A DNA stretch of 64,000 bases. Source: Lingula anatina (lineage: Eukaryota > Animalia > Brachiopoda). The translations under genes were made by a program, and so were the position numbers. The stretch lies in assembly GCA_051362555.1 (NCBI GenBank), contig CM120640.1:29469967-29533966 (forward strand), given 5' to 3'. The notes beneath the pieces were generated by a model, which was given only the letters and a program-made list of their open reading frames with translations, ran no database searches and was not told where the DNA came from. The first letter of the stretch is position 1; each line of letters begins with the position of its first letter. Below, in pieces: positions 38,101 through 53,100 of this stretch.

Positions 38101-41100
38101 TTACTTTCAGAGTAAATAATACATTGCAATATTGAAATATTTGTTTTGTTTAATTCTCACTCTTCTGATAATCAATTTCCTATACATTTGACACCTAAAA
38201 AAAGACTCAGATAACTGATAAGCTTATCACAGATTTCTATTGTTATTAAGCATCATTTGTACAAATTTCAGAAATATTGGACAAGATTTGATAAAATTAT
38301 TAACGTTTAACTATTTTAAGGCCTGGGATATGCCAGGCTTTTCAATGTAATTTTCAGTTTTCCCAACTATGTTGTCCCAAAAAACACTTTTCATTAGACA
38401 CAGACAACTGATCAGCTTATCACAGATTTTTATTGTTGTTAAGCATCATTTGAACAAATTTCAGAAATATAGGACAAGATTTGACAAAATAATTAACGTT
38501 TAACTATTTTAAGACCTGGGATATGCCAGGCTTTTCAATGTAATTTTTTTGGTTTTCGCAAATATATTGTCCTAAAAAACACTTTTCATTAAAAACAGAC
38601 AACTGATCAGCTTATCACAGATTTTTATTGTTGTTAAGCATCATTTGTACAAATTTCAGAAATATTGGACTAGATTAGACAAAATTATTAACATTTAACT
38701 ATTTCAAGTCATGCAAATTCCCAGTCTTTTCAATGTAATTTTCAGTTTTCCCAAATATGTTGTCCCAAAAACACTTTTCATTAGACACAGACAACTGATC
38801 AGCTTATCATTGATTTTTATTGTTGTTAAGCATCATTTGTACAAATTTCATAAAAATTGGACTAGATTTGACAAAATTATTACCGTTTAAATATTTCAAG
38901 TCCTGCGAATTCCCAGTCTTTTCAATGTAATTTTTGTTTTTCGCAAATATATTGTCCTAAAAAAACCTTTTTCATTCAATACAGACAACTGATCTGCTTA
39001 TCACAGATTTTTATTGTTGGTAAGCATCATTTGTACAAATTTTAGAAATATAGGACAAGATTTGACAAAATTATTAACGTTTAACTATTTCAAGTCCTAC
39101 GAATTCCCAGTCTTTTCAATGTGATTTTTGGTTTTTGCAAATATATTGTCCTAAAAAACACTTTTTATTCAATACAGACAACTGATCAGCTTATCTCTGA
39201 TTTTTGTTGTTGTTAAGCATCATTTGTACAAATTTCAGAAATATAGGACAAAATTTGACAAAATTATTAACGTTTAACTATTTTAAGGCCTGGGATTTTC
39301 CAGTCTTTTCAATGTAATTTTCAGTTTTCCCAAATATGTTGTCCCAAAAAACACTTTTCATTAAACACAGACAACTGATCAGCTTATCACAGATTTTTAT
39401 TGTTGTTAAGCATTATTTGTACAAATTTCATAAATATTGGACTAGATTTGACAAAATTATTAACGTTTAACTATTTCAAGTCCTGCGAATTCCCAGTCTT
39501 TTCAATGTAATTTTTGGTTTTCGCAAATATATTGGCCTAAAAAACACTTTTCATTCAAAACAGACAACTGATCAGCTTATCACAGATTTCTATTGTTGTT
39601 AAGCATCATTTGTACAAATTTCAGAAATATAGGACAAAATTTGACAAAATTATTAACGTTTTACTATTTTAAGGCCTGGGATTTGCCAGTCTTTTCAATG
39701 TAATTTTCAGTTTTCCCAAATAGGTTGTCCAAAAAAACACTTTTCATTACACACAGACAACTGATCAGCTTATCACAGATTTTTGTTGTAGTTAAGCATC
39801 ATTTGTACAAATTTCAGAAATGTTGGACCAGACTAGACAAAATTATTAACGTTTAAATATTTTAATTAAATCACCGAATTTGTCATTCTTTTCAAATGTA
39901 ATTTTCAGTCCTTTCAGTTATATTGTTCTTCTTTCAGAGTACCCTCACCATGAAAAAGCTGTAAAAGCAGGCAGTGAAAGATACCACCAAGAGCAGCACT
40001 GTGTCTTCTCCATGTGTACAATACATGATATTTGGCAAGATTTAGGGCCTTGTTGAGTATTGTGATAACAACAACCCCTTCCAGAAAGGAGTAATCTGCA
40101 TCTTGCAGAGGTAGTAAGGAGAACTCTTGTATGGGTATATATTGTTTTCCAGATGACAGTTATAGGTAATTTGCAACCTCTTATACAAACAACCTCAAAT
40201 CATCACATTTGCTGTTTACATTCAGAGTAAATAATACATTGCAATATTGAAATATTTGTTTTGGTTAATTCTCACTCTTCTGATGATCAATTTCCCATAC
40301 ACGTGACACTTAAAAAAAAAAGACTCAGATAACTGATCAGCTTATCACAGATTTGTATTGTTGTTAAGCATCATTTGTACAAATTTCATAAATATTGGAC
40401 TAGATTTGACAAAAATATTAACGTTTAACTATTATAAGTCATAAAATATCCCAGTCTTTTCAGCGTAATTTTCAGTTCTCCCAAATATGTTTTCCCAAAA
40501 AACACTTTTCATTAGACACAGTCAATTGATCAGCTTATCTCAGATTTTTGTTGTTGTTAAGCATCATTTGTACAAATTTCAGAAATATTGGACAATATTT
40601 GACAAAATTATTAACGTTTAACTATTTCAAGTCCTGCGAATTCCCAGTCTTTTCAATGTAATTTTTGGTTTTTGCAAATATATTGTCCTAAAAAACACTT
40701 TTTATTCAATACAGACAACTGATCAGCTTATCTCTGATTTTTGTTGTTGTTAAGCATCATTTGTACAAATTTCAGAAATATAGGACAAAATTTGACAAAA
40801 TTATTAACGTTTAACTATTTTAAGGCCTGGGATTTTCCAGTCTTTTCAATGTAATTTTCAGTTTTCCCAAATATGTTGTCCCAAAAAACACTTTTCATTA
40901 AACACAGACAACTGATCAGCTTATCACAGATTTTTATTGTTGTTAAGCATTATTTGTACAAATTTCATAAATATTGGACTAGATTTGACAAAATTATTAA
41001 CGTTTAACTATTTCAAGTCCTGCGAATTCCCAGTCTTTTCAATGTAATTTTTGGTTTTCGCAAATATATTGTCCTAAAAAACACTTTTCATTCAAAACAG

Positions 41101-44100
41101 ACAACTGATCAGCTTATCACAGATTTCTATTGTTGTTAAGCATCATTTGTACAAATTTCAGAAATATAGGACAAGATTTGACAAAATTATTAACGTTTTA
41201 CTATTTTAAGGCCTGGGATTTGCCAGTCTTTTCAAAGTAATTTTCAGTTTTCCCAAATAGGTTGTCCAAAAAAACACTTTTCATTACACACAGACAACTG
41301 ATCAGCTTATCACAGATTTTTGTTGTAGTTAAGCATCATTTGTACAAATTTCAGAAATGTTGGACCAGACTAGACAAAATTATTAACGTTTAAATATTTT
41401 AATTAAATCACCGAATTTGTCATTCTTTTCAAATGTAATTTTCAGTCCTTTAAGTTATATTGTTCTTCTTTCAGAGTACCCTCACCATGAAAAAGCTGTA
41501 AAAGCAGGCAGTGAAAGATACCACCAAGAGCAGCACTGTGTCTTCTCCATGTGTACAATACATGATATTTGGCAAGATTTAGGGCCTTGTTGAGTATTGT
41601 GATAACAACAACCCCTTCCAGAAAGGAGTAATCTGCATCTTGCAGAGGTAGTAAGGAGAACTCTTGTATGGGTATATATTGTTTTCCAGATGACAGTTAT
41701 AGGTAATTTGCAACCTCTTACACAAACAACCTCAAATCATCACATTTGCTGTTTACATTCAGAGTAAATAATACATTGCAATATTGAAATATTTGTTTTG
41801 GTTAATTCTCACTCTTCTGATGATCAATTTCCTATACATTTCACACCTAAAAAAAGACTCAGATAACTGATCAGCTTATCACAGATTTCTATTGTTATTA
41901 AGCATCATTTGTTCAAATTTCAGAAATATAGGACAAGATTTGACAAAATTATTAACGTTTAACTATTTTAAGGCCTGGGATATGCCAGGCTTTTCAATGT
42001 AATTTTCAGTTTTCCCAACTATGTTGTCCCAAAAAACACTTTTCATTAGACACAGACAACTGATCAGCTTATCACAGATTTTTATTGTTGTTAAACATCA
42101 TTTGTACAAATTTCAGAAATATTGGACCAGATTAGACAAAATTATTAATGTTTAACTATTTCAAGTCCTGCAAATTCATAGTGTTTTCAATGTAATTTTC
42201 AGTTTTCCCAAATATGTTGTCCCAAAAAACACTTTTCATTAAAAACAGACAACTGATCAGCTGATCACAGATTTTTATTGTTGTTAAGCATCATTTGTAC
42301 AAATTTCAGAAACATTGGACAAGATTTGATAAAATTATTAACGTTTAACTATTTTAAGGCCTGGGATTGGCCAGTCTTTTCAAATGTAATTTTCAGTCTT
42401 TTCCGTTATATTGTTCTTCTTTCAGAGTACCCTCACCATGAAAAAGCTGAAAAAGCAGGCAGTGAAAGATACCACCAAGAGCAGCACTGTGTCTTCTCCA
42501 TGTGTACAATACATGATATTTGGCAAGATTTACTTGTTGAGTATTGTGATAACAACAACCCCTTCCAGAAAGGAGTAATCTGCATCTTGCAGAGGTAGTA
42601 AGGAGAACTCTTGTATGGGTATATATTGTTTTCCAGATGACATTTATAGGTAATTTGCAACCTCTTACACAAACAACCTCAAATCATCACATTTGCTGTT
42701 TACTTTCAGAGTAAATAATACATTGCAATATTGAAATATTTGTTTTGTTTAATTCTCACTCTTCTGATAATCAATTTCCTATACATTTGACACCTAAAAA
42801 AAAGACTCAGATAACTGATAAGCTTATCACAGATTTCTATTGTTATTAAGCATCATTTGTACAAATTTCAGAAATATAGGATAAGATTTGACAAAATTAT
42901 TTACGTTTAACTATTTTAAGGCCTGGGATATGCCAGGCTTTTCAATGTAATTTTCAGTTTTCCCAAATATGTTGTCCCAAAAAACACTTTTCATTAAAAA
43001 CAGACAACTGATCAGCTGATCACAGATTTTTATTGTTGTTAAGCATCATTTGTACAAATTTCAGAAATATTGGACTAGATTAGACAAAATTATTAATGTT
43101 TAACTATTTCAAGTCCTGCAAATTCCCTGTCTTTTCAATGTAATTTTCAGTTTTCCCAAATATGTTGTCCCAAAAAACACTTTTCATTAGACACAGACAT
43201 ATGCTCAGCTTATCACAGATTTTTATTGTTGTTAAGCATCATTTGTACAAATTTCATAAATATTGGACTAGATTTGACAAAATTATTACCGTTTAACTAA
43301 TCAAGTCCTGCGAATTCCCAGTCTTTTCAATGTAATTTTTAGTTTTCGCAAATATATTGTCCTAAAAAACACTTTTCATTCAATACAGACAACTGATCAG
43401 CTTATCACAGATTTTTATTGTTGTTAAGCATCATTTGTACAAATTTCATAAATATTGGACTAGATTTGACAAAATTATTAACGTTTAACTATTTTAATTA
43501 AGTCACCAAATTTGTCATTCTTTTCAAATGTAATTTTCAGTCTTTTCAGTTATATTGTTCTTGTTTCAGAGTACCCTCACCATGAAAAAGCTGAAAAAGC
43601 AGGCAGTGAAAGATACCACCAAGAGCAGCACTGTGTCTTCTCCATGTGTACAATACATGATATTTGACAAGATTTACTTGTTGAGTATTGTGATAACAAC
43701 AACCCCTTCCAGAAAGGAGTAATCTGCATCTTGTAGAGGTAGTAAGGAGAACTCTTGTATGGGTATATGTTGTTTTCCAGATGACAGTTATAGGTAATTT
43801 GCAACCTCTTATGCAAACAACCTCAAATCATCACATTTGCTGTTTACTTTCAGAGTAAATAATACATTGCAATATTGAAATATATGTTTTGGTTAATTCT
43901 CACTCTTCTGATAATCAATTTCCTATACATTTCACACCTAAAAAAAGACTCAGATAACTGATAAGCTTATCACAGATTTCTATTGTTATTAAGCATCATT
44001 TGTTCAAATTTCAGAAATATAGGACAAGATTTGACAAAATTATTAACGTTTAACTATTTTAAGGCCTGGGATATGCCAGGCTTTTCAATGTAATTTTCAG

Positions 44101-47100
44101 TTTTCCCAACTATGTTGTCCCAAAAAACACTTTTCATTAGACACAGACAACTGATCAGCTTATCACAGATTTTTATTGTTGTTAAACATCATTTGTACAA
44201 ATTTCAGAAATATTGGACCAGATTAGACAAAATTATTAATGTTTAACTATTTCAAGTCCTGCAAATTCATAGTGTTTTCAATGTAATTTTCAGTTTTCCC
44301 AAATATGTTGTCCCAAAAAACACTTTTCATTAGACACAGACAACTGATCAGCTTATCACAGATTTTTATTGTTGTTAAGCATCATTTGTACAAATTTCAT
44401 AAATATTGGACTAGATTTGACATAATTATTACCGTTTAACTATTTTAAGGCCTGGGATTGGCCAGTCTTTTCAAATGTAATTTTCAGTCTTTTCAGTTAT
44501 ATTGTTCTTGTTTCAGAGTACCCTCACCATGAAAAAGCTGAAAAAGCAGGCAGTGAAAGATACCACCAAGAGCAGCACTGTGTCTTCGCCATGTGTACAA
44601 TACATGATATTTGGCAAGATTTAGGGCCTTGTTGAGTATTGTGATAACAACAACCCCTTCCAGAAAGGAGTAATCTGCATCTTGCAGAGGTAGTAAGGAG
44701 AACTCTTGTATGGGTATATATTGTTTTCCAGATGACAGTTATAGGTAATTTGCAACCTCTTACACAAACAACCTCAAATCATCACATTTGCTGTTTACTT
44801 TAAGAGTAAATAATACATTGCAATATTGAAATATTTGTTTTGTTTAATTCTCACTCTTCTGATAATCAATTTCCTATACATTTGACACCTAAAAAAAAGA
44901 CTCAGATAACTGATAAGCTTATCACAGATTTCTATTGTTATTAAGCATCATTTGTACAAATTTCAGAAATATTGGACAAGATTTGATAAAATTATTAACG
45001 TTTAACTATTTTAAGGCCTGGGATATGCCAGGCTTTTCAATGTAATTTTCAGTTTTCCCAACTATGTTGTCCCAAAAAACACTTTTCATTAAAAACAGAC
45101 AACTGATCAGCTTATCACAGATTTTTATTGTTGTTAAGCATCATTTGTACAAATTTCAGAAATATTGGACTAGATTAGACAAAATTATTAATGTTTAACT
45201 ATTTCAAGTCCTGCAAATTCCCTGTCTTTTCAATGTAATTTTCAGTTTTCCCAAATATGTTGTCCCAAAAAACACTTTTCATTAGACACAGACATATGCT
45301 CAGCTTATCACAGATTTTTATTGTTGTTAAGCATCATTTGTACAAATTTCATAAATATTGGACTAGATTTGACAAAATTATTACCGTTTAACTAATCAAG
45401 TCCTGCGAATTCCCAGTCTTTTCAATGTAATTTTTAGTTTTCGCAAATATATTGTCCTAAAAAACACTTTTCATTCAATACAGACAACTGATCAGCTTAT
45501 CACAGATTTTTATTGTTGTTAAGCATCATTTGTACAAATTTCATAAATATTGGACTAGATTTGACAAAATTATTAACGTTTAACTATTTTAATTAAGTCA
45601 CCAAATTTGTCATTCTTTTCAAATGTAATTTTCAGTCTTTTCAGTTATATTGTTCTTGTTTCAGAGTACCCTCACCATGAAAAAGCTGAAAAAGCAGGCA
45701 GTGAAAGATACCACCAAGAGCAGCACTGTGTCTTCTCCATGTGTACAATACATGATATTTGGCAAGATTTACTTGTTGAGTATTGTGATAACAACAACCC
45801 CTTCCAGAAAGGAGTAATCTGCATCTTGTAGAGGTAGTAAGGAGAACTCTTGTATGGGTATATGTTGTTTTCCAGATGACAGTTATAGGTAATTTGCAAC
45901 CTCTTATGCAAACAACCTCAAATCATCACATTTGCTGTTTACTTTCAGAGTAAATAATACATTGCAATATTGAAATATATGTTTTGGTTAATTCTCACTC
46001 TTCTGATAATCAATTTCCTATACATTTCACACCTAAAAAAAGACTCAGATAACTGATAAGCTTATCACAGATTTCTATTGTTATTAAGCATCATTTGTTC
46101 AAATTTCAGAAATATAGGACAAGATTTGACAAAATTATTAACGTTTAACTATTTTAAGGCCTGGGATATGCCAGGCTTTTCAATGTAATTTTCAGTTTTC
46201 CCAACTATGTTGTCCCAAAAAACACTTTTCATTAGACACAGACAACTGATCAGCTTATCACAGATTTTTATTGTTGTTAAACATCATTTGTACAAATTTC
46301 AGAAATATTGGACCAGATTAGACAAAATTATTAATGTTTAACTATTTCAAGTCCTGCAAATTCATAGTGTTTTCAATGTAATTTTCAGTTTTCCCAAATA
46401 TGTTGTCCCAAAAAACACTTTTCATTAGACACAGACAACTGCTCAGCTTATCACAGATTTTTATTGTTGTTAAGCATCATTTGTACAAATTTCATAAATA
46501 TTGGACTAGATTTGACAAAATTATTACCGTTTAACTAATCAAGTCCTGCGAATTCCCAGTCTTTTCAATGTAATTTTTAGTTTTCGCAAATATATTGTCC
46601 TAAAAAACACTTTTCATTCAATACAGACAACTGATCAGCTTATCACAGATTTTTATTGTTGATAAGCATCATTTGTACAAATTTCATAAATATTGGACTA
46701 GATTTGACAAAATTATTAACGTTTAACTATTTTAATTAAGTCACCAAATTTGTCATTCTTTTCAAATGTAATTTTCAGTCTTTTCAGTTATATTGTTCTT
46801 GTTTCAGAGTACCCTCACCATGAAAAAGCTGAAAAAGCAGGCAGTGAAAGATACCACCAAGAGCAGCACTGTGTCTTCTCCATGTGTACAATACATGATA
46901 TTTGGCAAGATTTACTTGTTGAGTATTGTGATAACAACAACCCCTTCCAGAAAGGAGTAATCTGCATCTTGTAGAGGTAGTAAGGAGAACTCTTGTATGG
47001 GTATATGTTGTTTTCCAGATGACAGTTATAGGTAATTTGCAACCTCTTATGCAAACAACCTCAAATCATCACATTTGCTGTTTACTTTCAGAGTAAATAA

Positions 47101-50100
47101 TACATTGCAATATTGAAATATATGTTTTGGTTAATTCTCACTCTTCTGATAATCAATTTCCTATACATTTCACACCTAAAAAAGACTCAGATAACTGATA
47201 AGCTTATCACAGATTTCTATTGTTATTAAGCATCATTTGTTCAAATTTCAGAAATATAGGACAAGATTTGACAAAATTATTAACGTTTAACTATTTTAAG
47301 GCCTGGGATATGCCAGGCTTTTCAATGTAATTTTCAGTTTTCCCAACTATGTTGTCCCAAAAAACACTTTTCATTAGACACAGACAACTGATCAGCTTAT
47401 CACAGATTTTTATTGTTGTTAAACATCATTTGTACAAATTTCAGAAATATTGGACCAGATTAGACAAAATTATTAATGTTTAACTATTTCAAGTCCTGCA
47501 AATTCATAGTGTTTTCAATGTAATTTTCAGTTTTCCCAAATATGTTGTCCCAAAAAACACTTTTCATTAGACACAGACAACTGATCAGCTTATCACAGAT
47601 TTTTATTGTTGTTAAGCATCATTTGTACAAATTTCATAAATATTGGACTAGATTTGACATAATTATTACCGTTTAACTATTTTAAGGCCTGGGATTGGCC
47701 AGTCTTTTCAAATGTAATTTTCAGTCTTTTCCGTTATATTGTTCTTCTTTCAGAGTACCCTCACCATGAAAAAGCTGAAAAAGCAGGCAGTGAAAGATAC
47801 CACCAAGAGCAGCACTGTGTCTTCTCCATGTGTACAATACATGATATTTGGCAAGATTTACTTGTTGAGTATTGTGATAACAACAACCCCTTCCAGAAAG
47901 GAGTAATCTGCATCTTGCAGAGGTAGTAAGGAGAACTCTTGTATGGGTATATATTGTTTTCCAGATGACAGTTATAGGTAATTTGCAACCTCTTACACAA
48001 ACAACCTCAAATCATCACATTTGCTGTTTACTTTCAGAGTAAATAATACATTGCAATATTGAAATATTTGTTTTGTTTAATTCTCACTCTTCTGATAATC
48101 AATTTCCTATACATTTGACACCTAAAAAAAAGACTCAGATAACTGATAAGCTTATCACAGATTTCTATTGTTATTAAGCATCATTTGTACAAATTTCAGA
48201 AATATTGGACAAGATTTGATAAAATTATTAACGTTTAACTATTTTAAGGCCTGGGATATGCCAGGCTTTTCAATGTAATTTTCAGTTTTCCCAACTATGT
48301 TGTCCCAAAAAACACTTTTCATTAAAAACAGACAACTGATCAGCTTATCACAGATTTTTATTGTTGTTAAGCATCATTTGTACAAATTTCAGAAATATTG
48401 GACTAGATTAGACAAAATTATTAACGTTTTACTATTTTAAGGCCTGCAAATTCCCTGTCTTTTCAATGTAATTTTCAGTTTTCCCAAATATGTTGTCCCA
48501 AAAAACACTTTTCATTAGACACAGACAACTGCTCAGCTTATCACAGATTTTTATTGTTGTTAAGCATCATTTGTACAAATTTCATAAATATTGGACTAGA
48601 TTTGACAAAATTATTACCGTTTAACTAATCAAGTCCTGCGAATTCCCAGTCTTTTCAATGTAATTTTTAGTTTTCGCAAATATATTGTCCTAAAAAACAC
48701 TTTTCATTCAATACAGACAACTGATCAGCTTATCACAGATTTTTATTGTTGTTAAGCATCATTTGTACAAATTTCATAAATATTGGACTAGATTTGACAA
48801 AATTATTAACGTTTAACTATTTTAATTAAGTCACCAAATTTGTCATTCTTTTCAAATGTAATTTTCAGTCTTTTCAGTTATATTGTTCTTGTTTCAGAGT
48901 ACCCTCACCATGAAAAAGCTGAAAAAGCAGGCAGTGAAAGATACCACCAAGAGCAGCACTGTGTCTTCTCCATGTGTACAATACATGATATTTGGCAAGA
49001 TTTACTTGTTGAGTATTGTGATAACAACAACCCCTTCCAGAAAGGAGTAATCTGCATCTTGTAGAGGTAGTAAGGAGAACTCTTGTATGGGTATATGTTG
49101 TTTTCCAGATGACAGTTATAGGTAATTTGCAACCTCTTACACAAACAACCTCAAATCATCACATTTGCTGTTTACTTTCAGAGTAAATAATACATTGCAA
49201 TATTGAAATATATGTTTTGGTTAATTCTCACTCTTCTGATAATCAATTTCCTATACATTTCACACCTAAAAAAAAAAAAAGACTCAGATAACTGATAAGC
49301 TTATCACAGATTTCTATTGTTATTAAGCATCATTTGTACAAATTTCAGAAATATAGGACAAGATTTGACAAAATTATTAATGTTTAACTATTTTAAGGCC
49401 TGGGATATGCCAGGCTTTTCAATGTAATTTTCAGTTTTCCCAACTATGTTGTCCCAAAAAACACTTTTCATTAGACACAGACAACTGATCAGCTTATCAC
49501 AGATTTTTATTGTTGTTAAGCATCATTTGTACAAATTTCAGAAATATTGGACTAGATTAGACAAAATTATTAACATTTAACTATTTCAAGTCATGCAAAT
49601 TCCCAGTCTTTTCAATGTAATTTTCAGTTTTCCCAAATATGTTGTCCCAAAAAACGCTTTTCATTAGACACAGACAACTGATCAGCTTATCATTGATTTT
49701 TATTGTTGTTAAGCATCATTTGTACAAATTTCATAAAAATTGGACTAGATTTGACAAAATTATTACCGTTTAAATATTTCAAGTCCTGCGAATTCCCAGT
49801 CTTTTCAATGTAATTTTTGTTTTTCGCAAATATATTGTCCTAAAAAAACCTTTTTCATTCAATACAGACAACTGATCTGCTTATCACAGATTTTTATTGT
49901 TGGTAAGCATCATTTGTACAAATTTTAGAAATATAAGACAAGATTTGACAAAATTATTAACGTTTAACTATTTCAAGTCCTACGAATTCCCAGTCTTTTC
50001 AATGTGATTTTTGGTTTTCGCAAATATATTGTCCTAAAAACCACTTTTCTTTCCATACAGACAACTGATCAGCTTATCACAGATTTCTATTGTTGTTAAG

Positions 50101-53100
50101 CATCATTTGTACAAATTTCAGAAATATAGGACAAAATTTGACAAAATTATTAACGTTTAACTATTTTAAGGCCTGGGATTTGCCAGTCTTTTCAATGTAA
50201 TTTTCAGTTTTCCCAAATATGTTGTCCCAAAAAACACTTTTCATTAGACACAGACAACTGATCAGCTTATCATTGATTTTTATTGTTGTTAAGCATCATT
50301 TGTACAAATTTCATAAAAATTGGACTAGATTTGACAAAATTATTACCGTTTAAATATTTCAAGTCCTGCGAATTCCCAGTCTTTTCAAAGTAATTTTTGT
50401 TTTTCGCAAATATATTGTCCTAAAAAAACCTTTTTCATTCAATACAGACAACTGATCTGATTATCACAGATTTTTATTGTTGGTAAGCATCATTTGTACA
50501 AATTTTAGAAATATAGGACAAGATTTGACAAAATTATTAACGTTTAACTATTTCAAGTCCTACGAATTCCCAGTCTTTTCAATGTGATTTTTGGTTTTCG
50601 CAAATATATTGTCCTAAAAACCACTTTTCTTTCCATACAGACAACTGATCAGCTTATCACAGATTTCTATTGTTGTTAAGCATCATTTGTACAAATTTCA
50701 GAAATATAGGACAAAATTTGACAAAATTATTAACGTTTAACTATTTTAAGGCCTGGGATTTGCCAGTCTTTTCAGTGTAATTTTCAGTTCTCCCAAATAT
50801 ATTGTTCTAAAAAACACTTTTCATTAATCACAGTCAACTGATCAGCTTATCTCAGATTTTTATTGTTGTTAAGCATCATTTGTACAAATTTCATAAATAT
50901 TGGACTAGATTTGACAAAATTATTAACGTTTAACTATTTTAATTAAGTCACCAAATTTGTCATTCTTTTCAAATGTAATTTTCAGTCTTTTCAGTTATAT
51001 TGTTCTTGTTTCAGAGTACCCTCACCATGAAAAAGCTGAAAAAGCAGGCAGTGAAAGATATCACCAAGAGCAGCACTGTGTCTTCTCCATGTGTACAATA
51101 CATGATATTTGGCAAGATTTACTTGTTGAGTATTGTGATAACAACAACCCCTTCCAGAAAGGAGTAATCTGCATCTTGTAGAGGTAGTAAGGAGAACTCT
51201 TGTATGGGTATATGTTGTTTTCCAGATGACAGTTATAGGTAATTTGCAACCTCTTATGCAAACAACCTCAAATCATCACATTTGCTGTTTACTTTCAGAG
51301 TAAATAATACATTGCAATATTGAAATATATGTTTTGGTTAATTCTCACTCTTCTGATAATCAATTTCCTATACATTTCACACCTAAAAAAAAAAGACTCA
51401 GATAACTGATAAGCTTATCACAGATTTCTATTGTTATTAAGCATCATTTGTACAAATTTCAGAAATATTGGACAAGATTTGATAAAATTATTAACGTTTA
51501 ACTAATTTAAGGCCTGGGATATGCCAGGCTTTTCAATGTAATTTTCAGTTTTCCCAACTATGTTGTCCCAAAAAACACTTTTCATTAGACACAGACAACT
51601 GATCAGCTTATCACAGATTTTTATTGTTGTTAAGCATCATTTGAACAAATTTCAGAAATATAGGACAAGATTTGACAAAATAATTAACGTTTAACTATTT
51701 TAAGACCTGGGATATGCCAGGCTTTTCAATGTAATTTTTTTGGTTTTCGCAAATATATTGTCCTAAAAAACACTTTTCATTAAAAACAGACAACTGATCA
51801 GCTTATCACAGATTTTTATTGTTGTTAAGCATCATTTGTACAAATTTCAGAAATATTGGACTAGATTAGACAAAATTATTAACATTTAACTATTTCAAGT
51901 CATGCAAATTCCCAGTCTTTTCAATGTAATTTTCAGTTTTCCCAAATATGTTGTCCCAAAAAACACTTTTCATTAGACACAGACAACTGATCAGCTTATC
52001 ATTGATTTTTATTGTTGTTAAGCATCATTTGTACAAATTTCATAAAAATTGGACTAGATTTGACAAAATTATTACCGTTTAAATATTTCAAGTCCTGCGA
52101 ATTCCCAGTCTTTTCAATGTAATTTTTGTTTTTCGCAAATATATTGTCCTAAAAAAACCTTTTTCATTCAATACAGACAACTGATCTGCTTATCACAGAT
52201 TTTTATTGTTGGTAAGCATCATTTGTACAAATTTTAGAAATATAGGACAAGATTTGACAAAATTATTAACGTTTAACTATTTCAAGTCCTACGAATTCCC
52301 AGTCTTTTCAATGTGATTTTTGGTTTTTGCAAATATATTGTCCTAAAAAACACTTTTCATTAAACACAGACAACTGATCAGCTTATCTCTGATTTTTGTT
52401 GTTGTTAAGCATCATTTGTACAAATTTCAGAAATATAGGACAAAATTTGACAAAATTATTAACGTTTAACTATTTTAAGGCCTGGGATTTTCCAGTCTTT
52501 TCAATGTAATTTTCAGTTTTCCCAAATATGTTGTCCCAAAAAACACTTTTCATTAAACACAGACAACTGATCAGCTTATCACAGATTTTTATTGTTGTTA
52601 AGCATTATTTGTACAAATTTCATAAATATTGGACTAGATTTGACAAAATTATTAACGTTTAACTATTTCAAGTCCTGCGAATTCCCAGTCTTTTCAATGT
52701 AATTTTTGGTTTTCGCAAATATATTGTCCTAAAAAACACTTTTCATTCAAAACAGACAACTGATCAGCTTATCACAGATTTCTATTGTTGTTAAGCATCA
52801 TTTGTACAAATTTCAGAAATATAGGACAAAATTTGACAAAATTATTAACGTTTTACTATTTTAAGGCCTGGGATTTGCCAGTCTTTTCAATGTAATTTTC
52901 AGTTTTCCCAAATAGGTTGTCCAAAAAAACACTTTTCATTACACACAGACAACTGATCAGCTTATCACAGATTTTTGTTGTAGTTAAGCATCATTTGTAC
53001 AAATTTCAGAAATGTTGGACCAGACTAGACAAAATTATTAACGTTTAAATATTTTAATTAAATCACCGAATTTGTCATTCTTTTCAAATGTAATTTTCAG

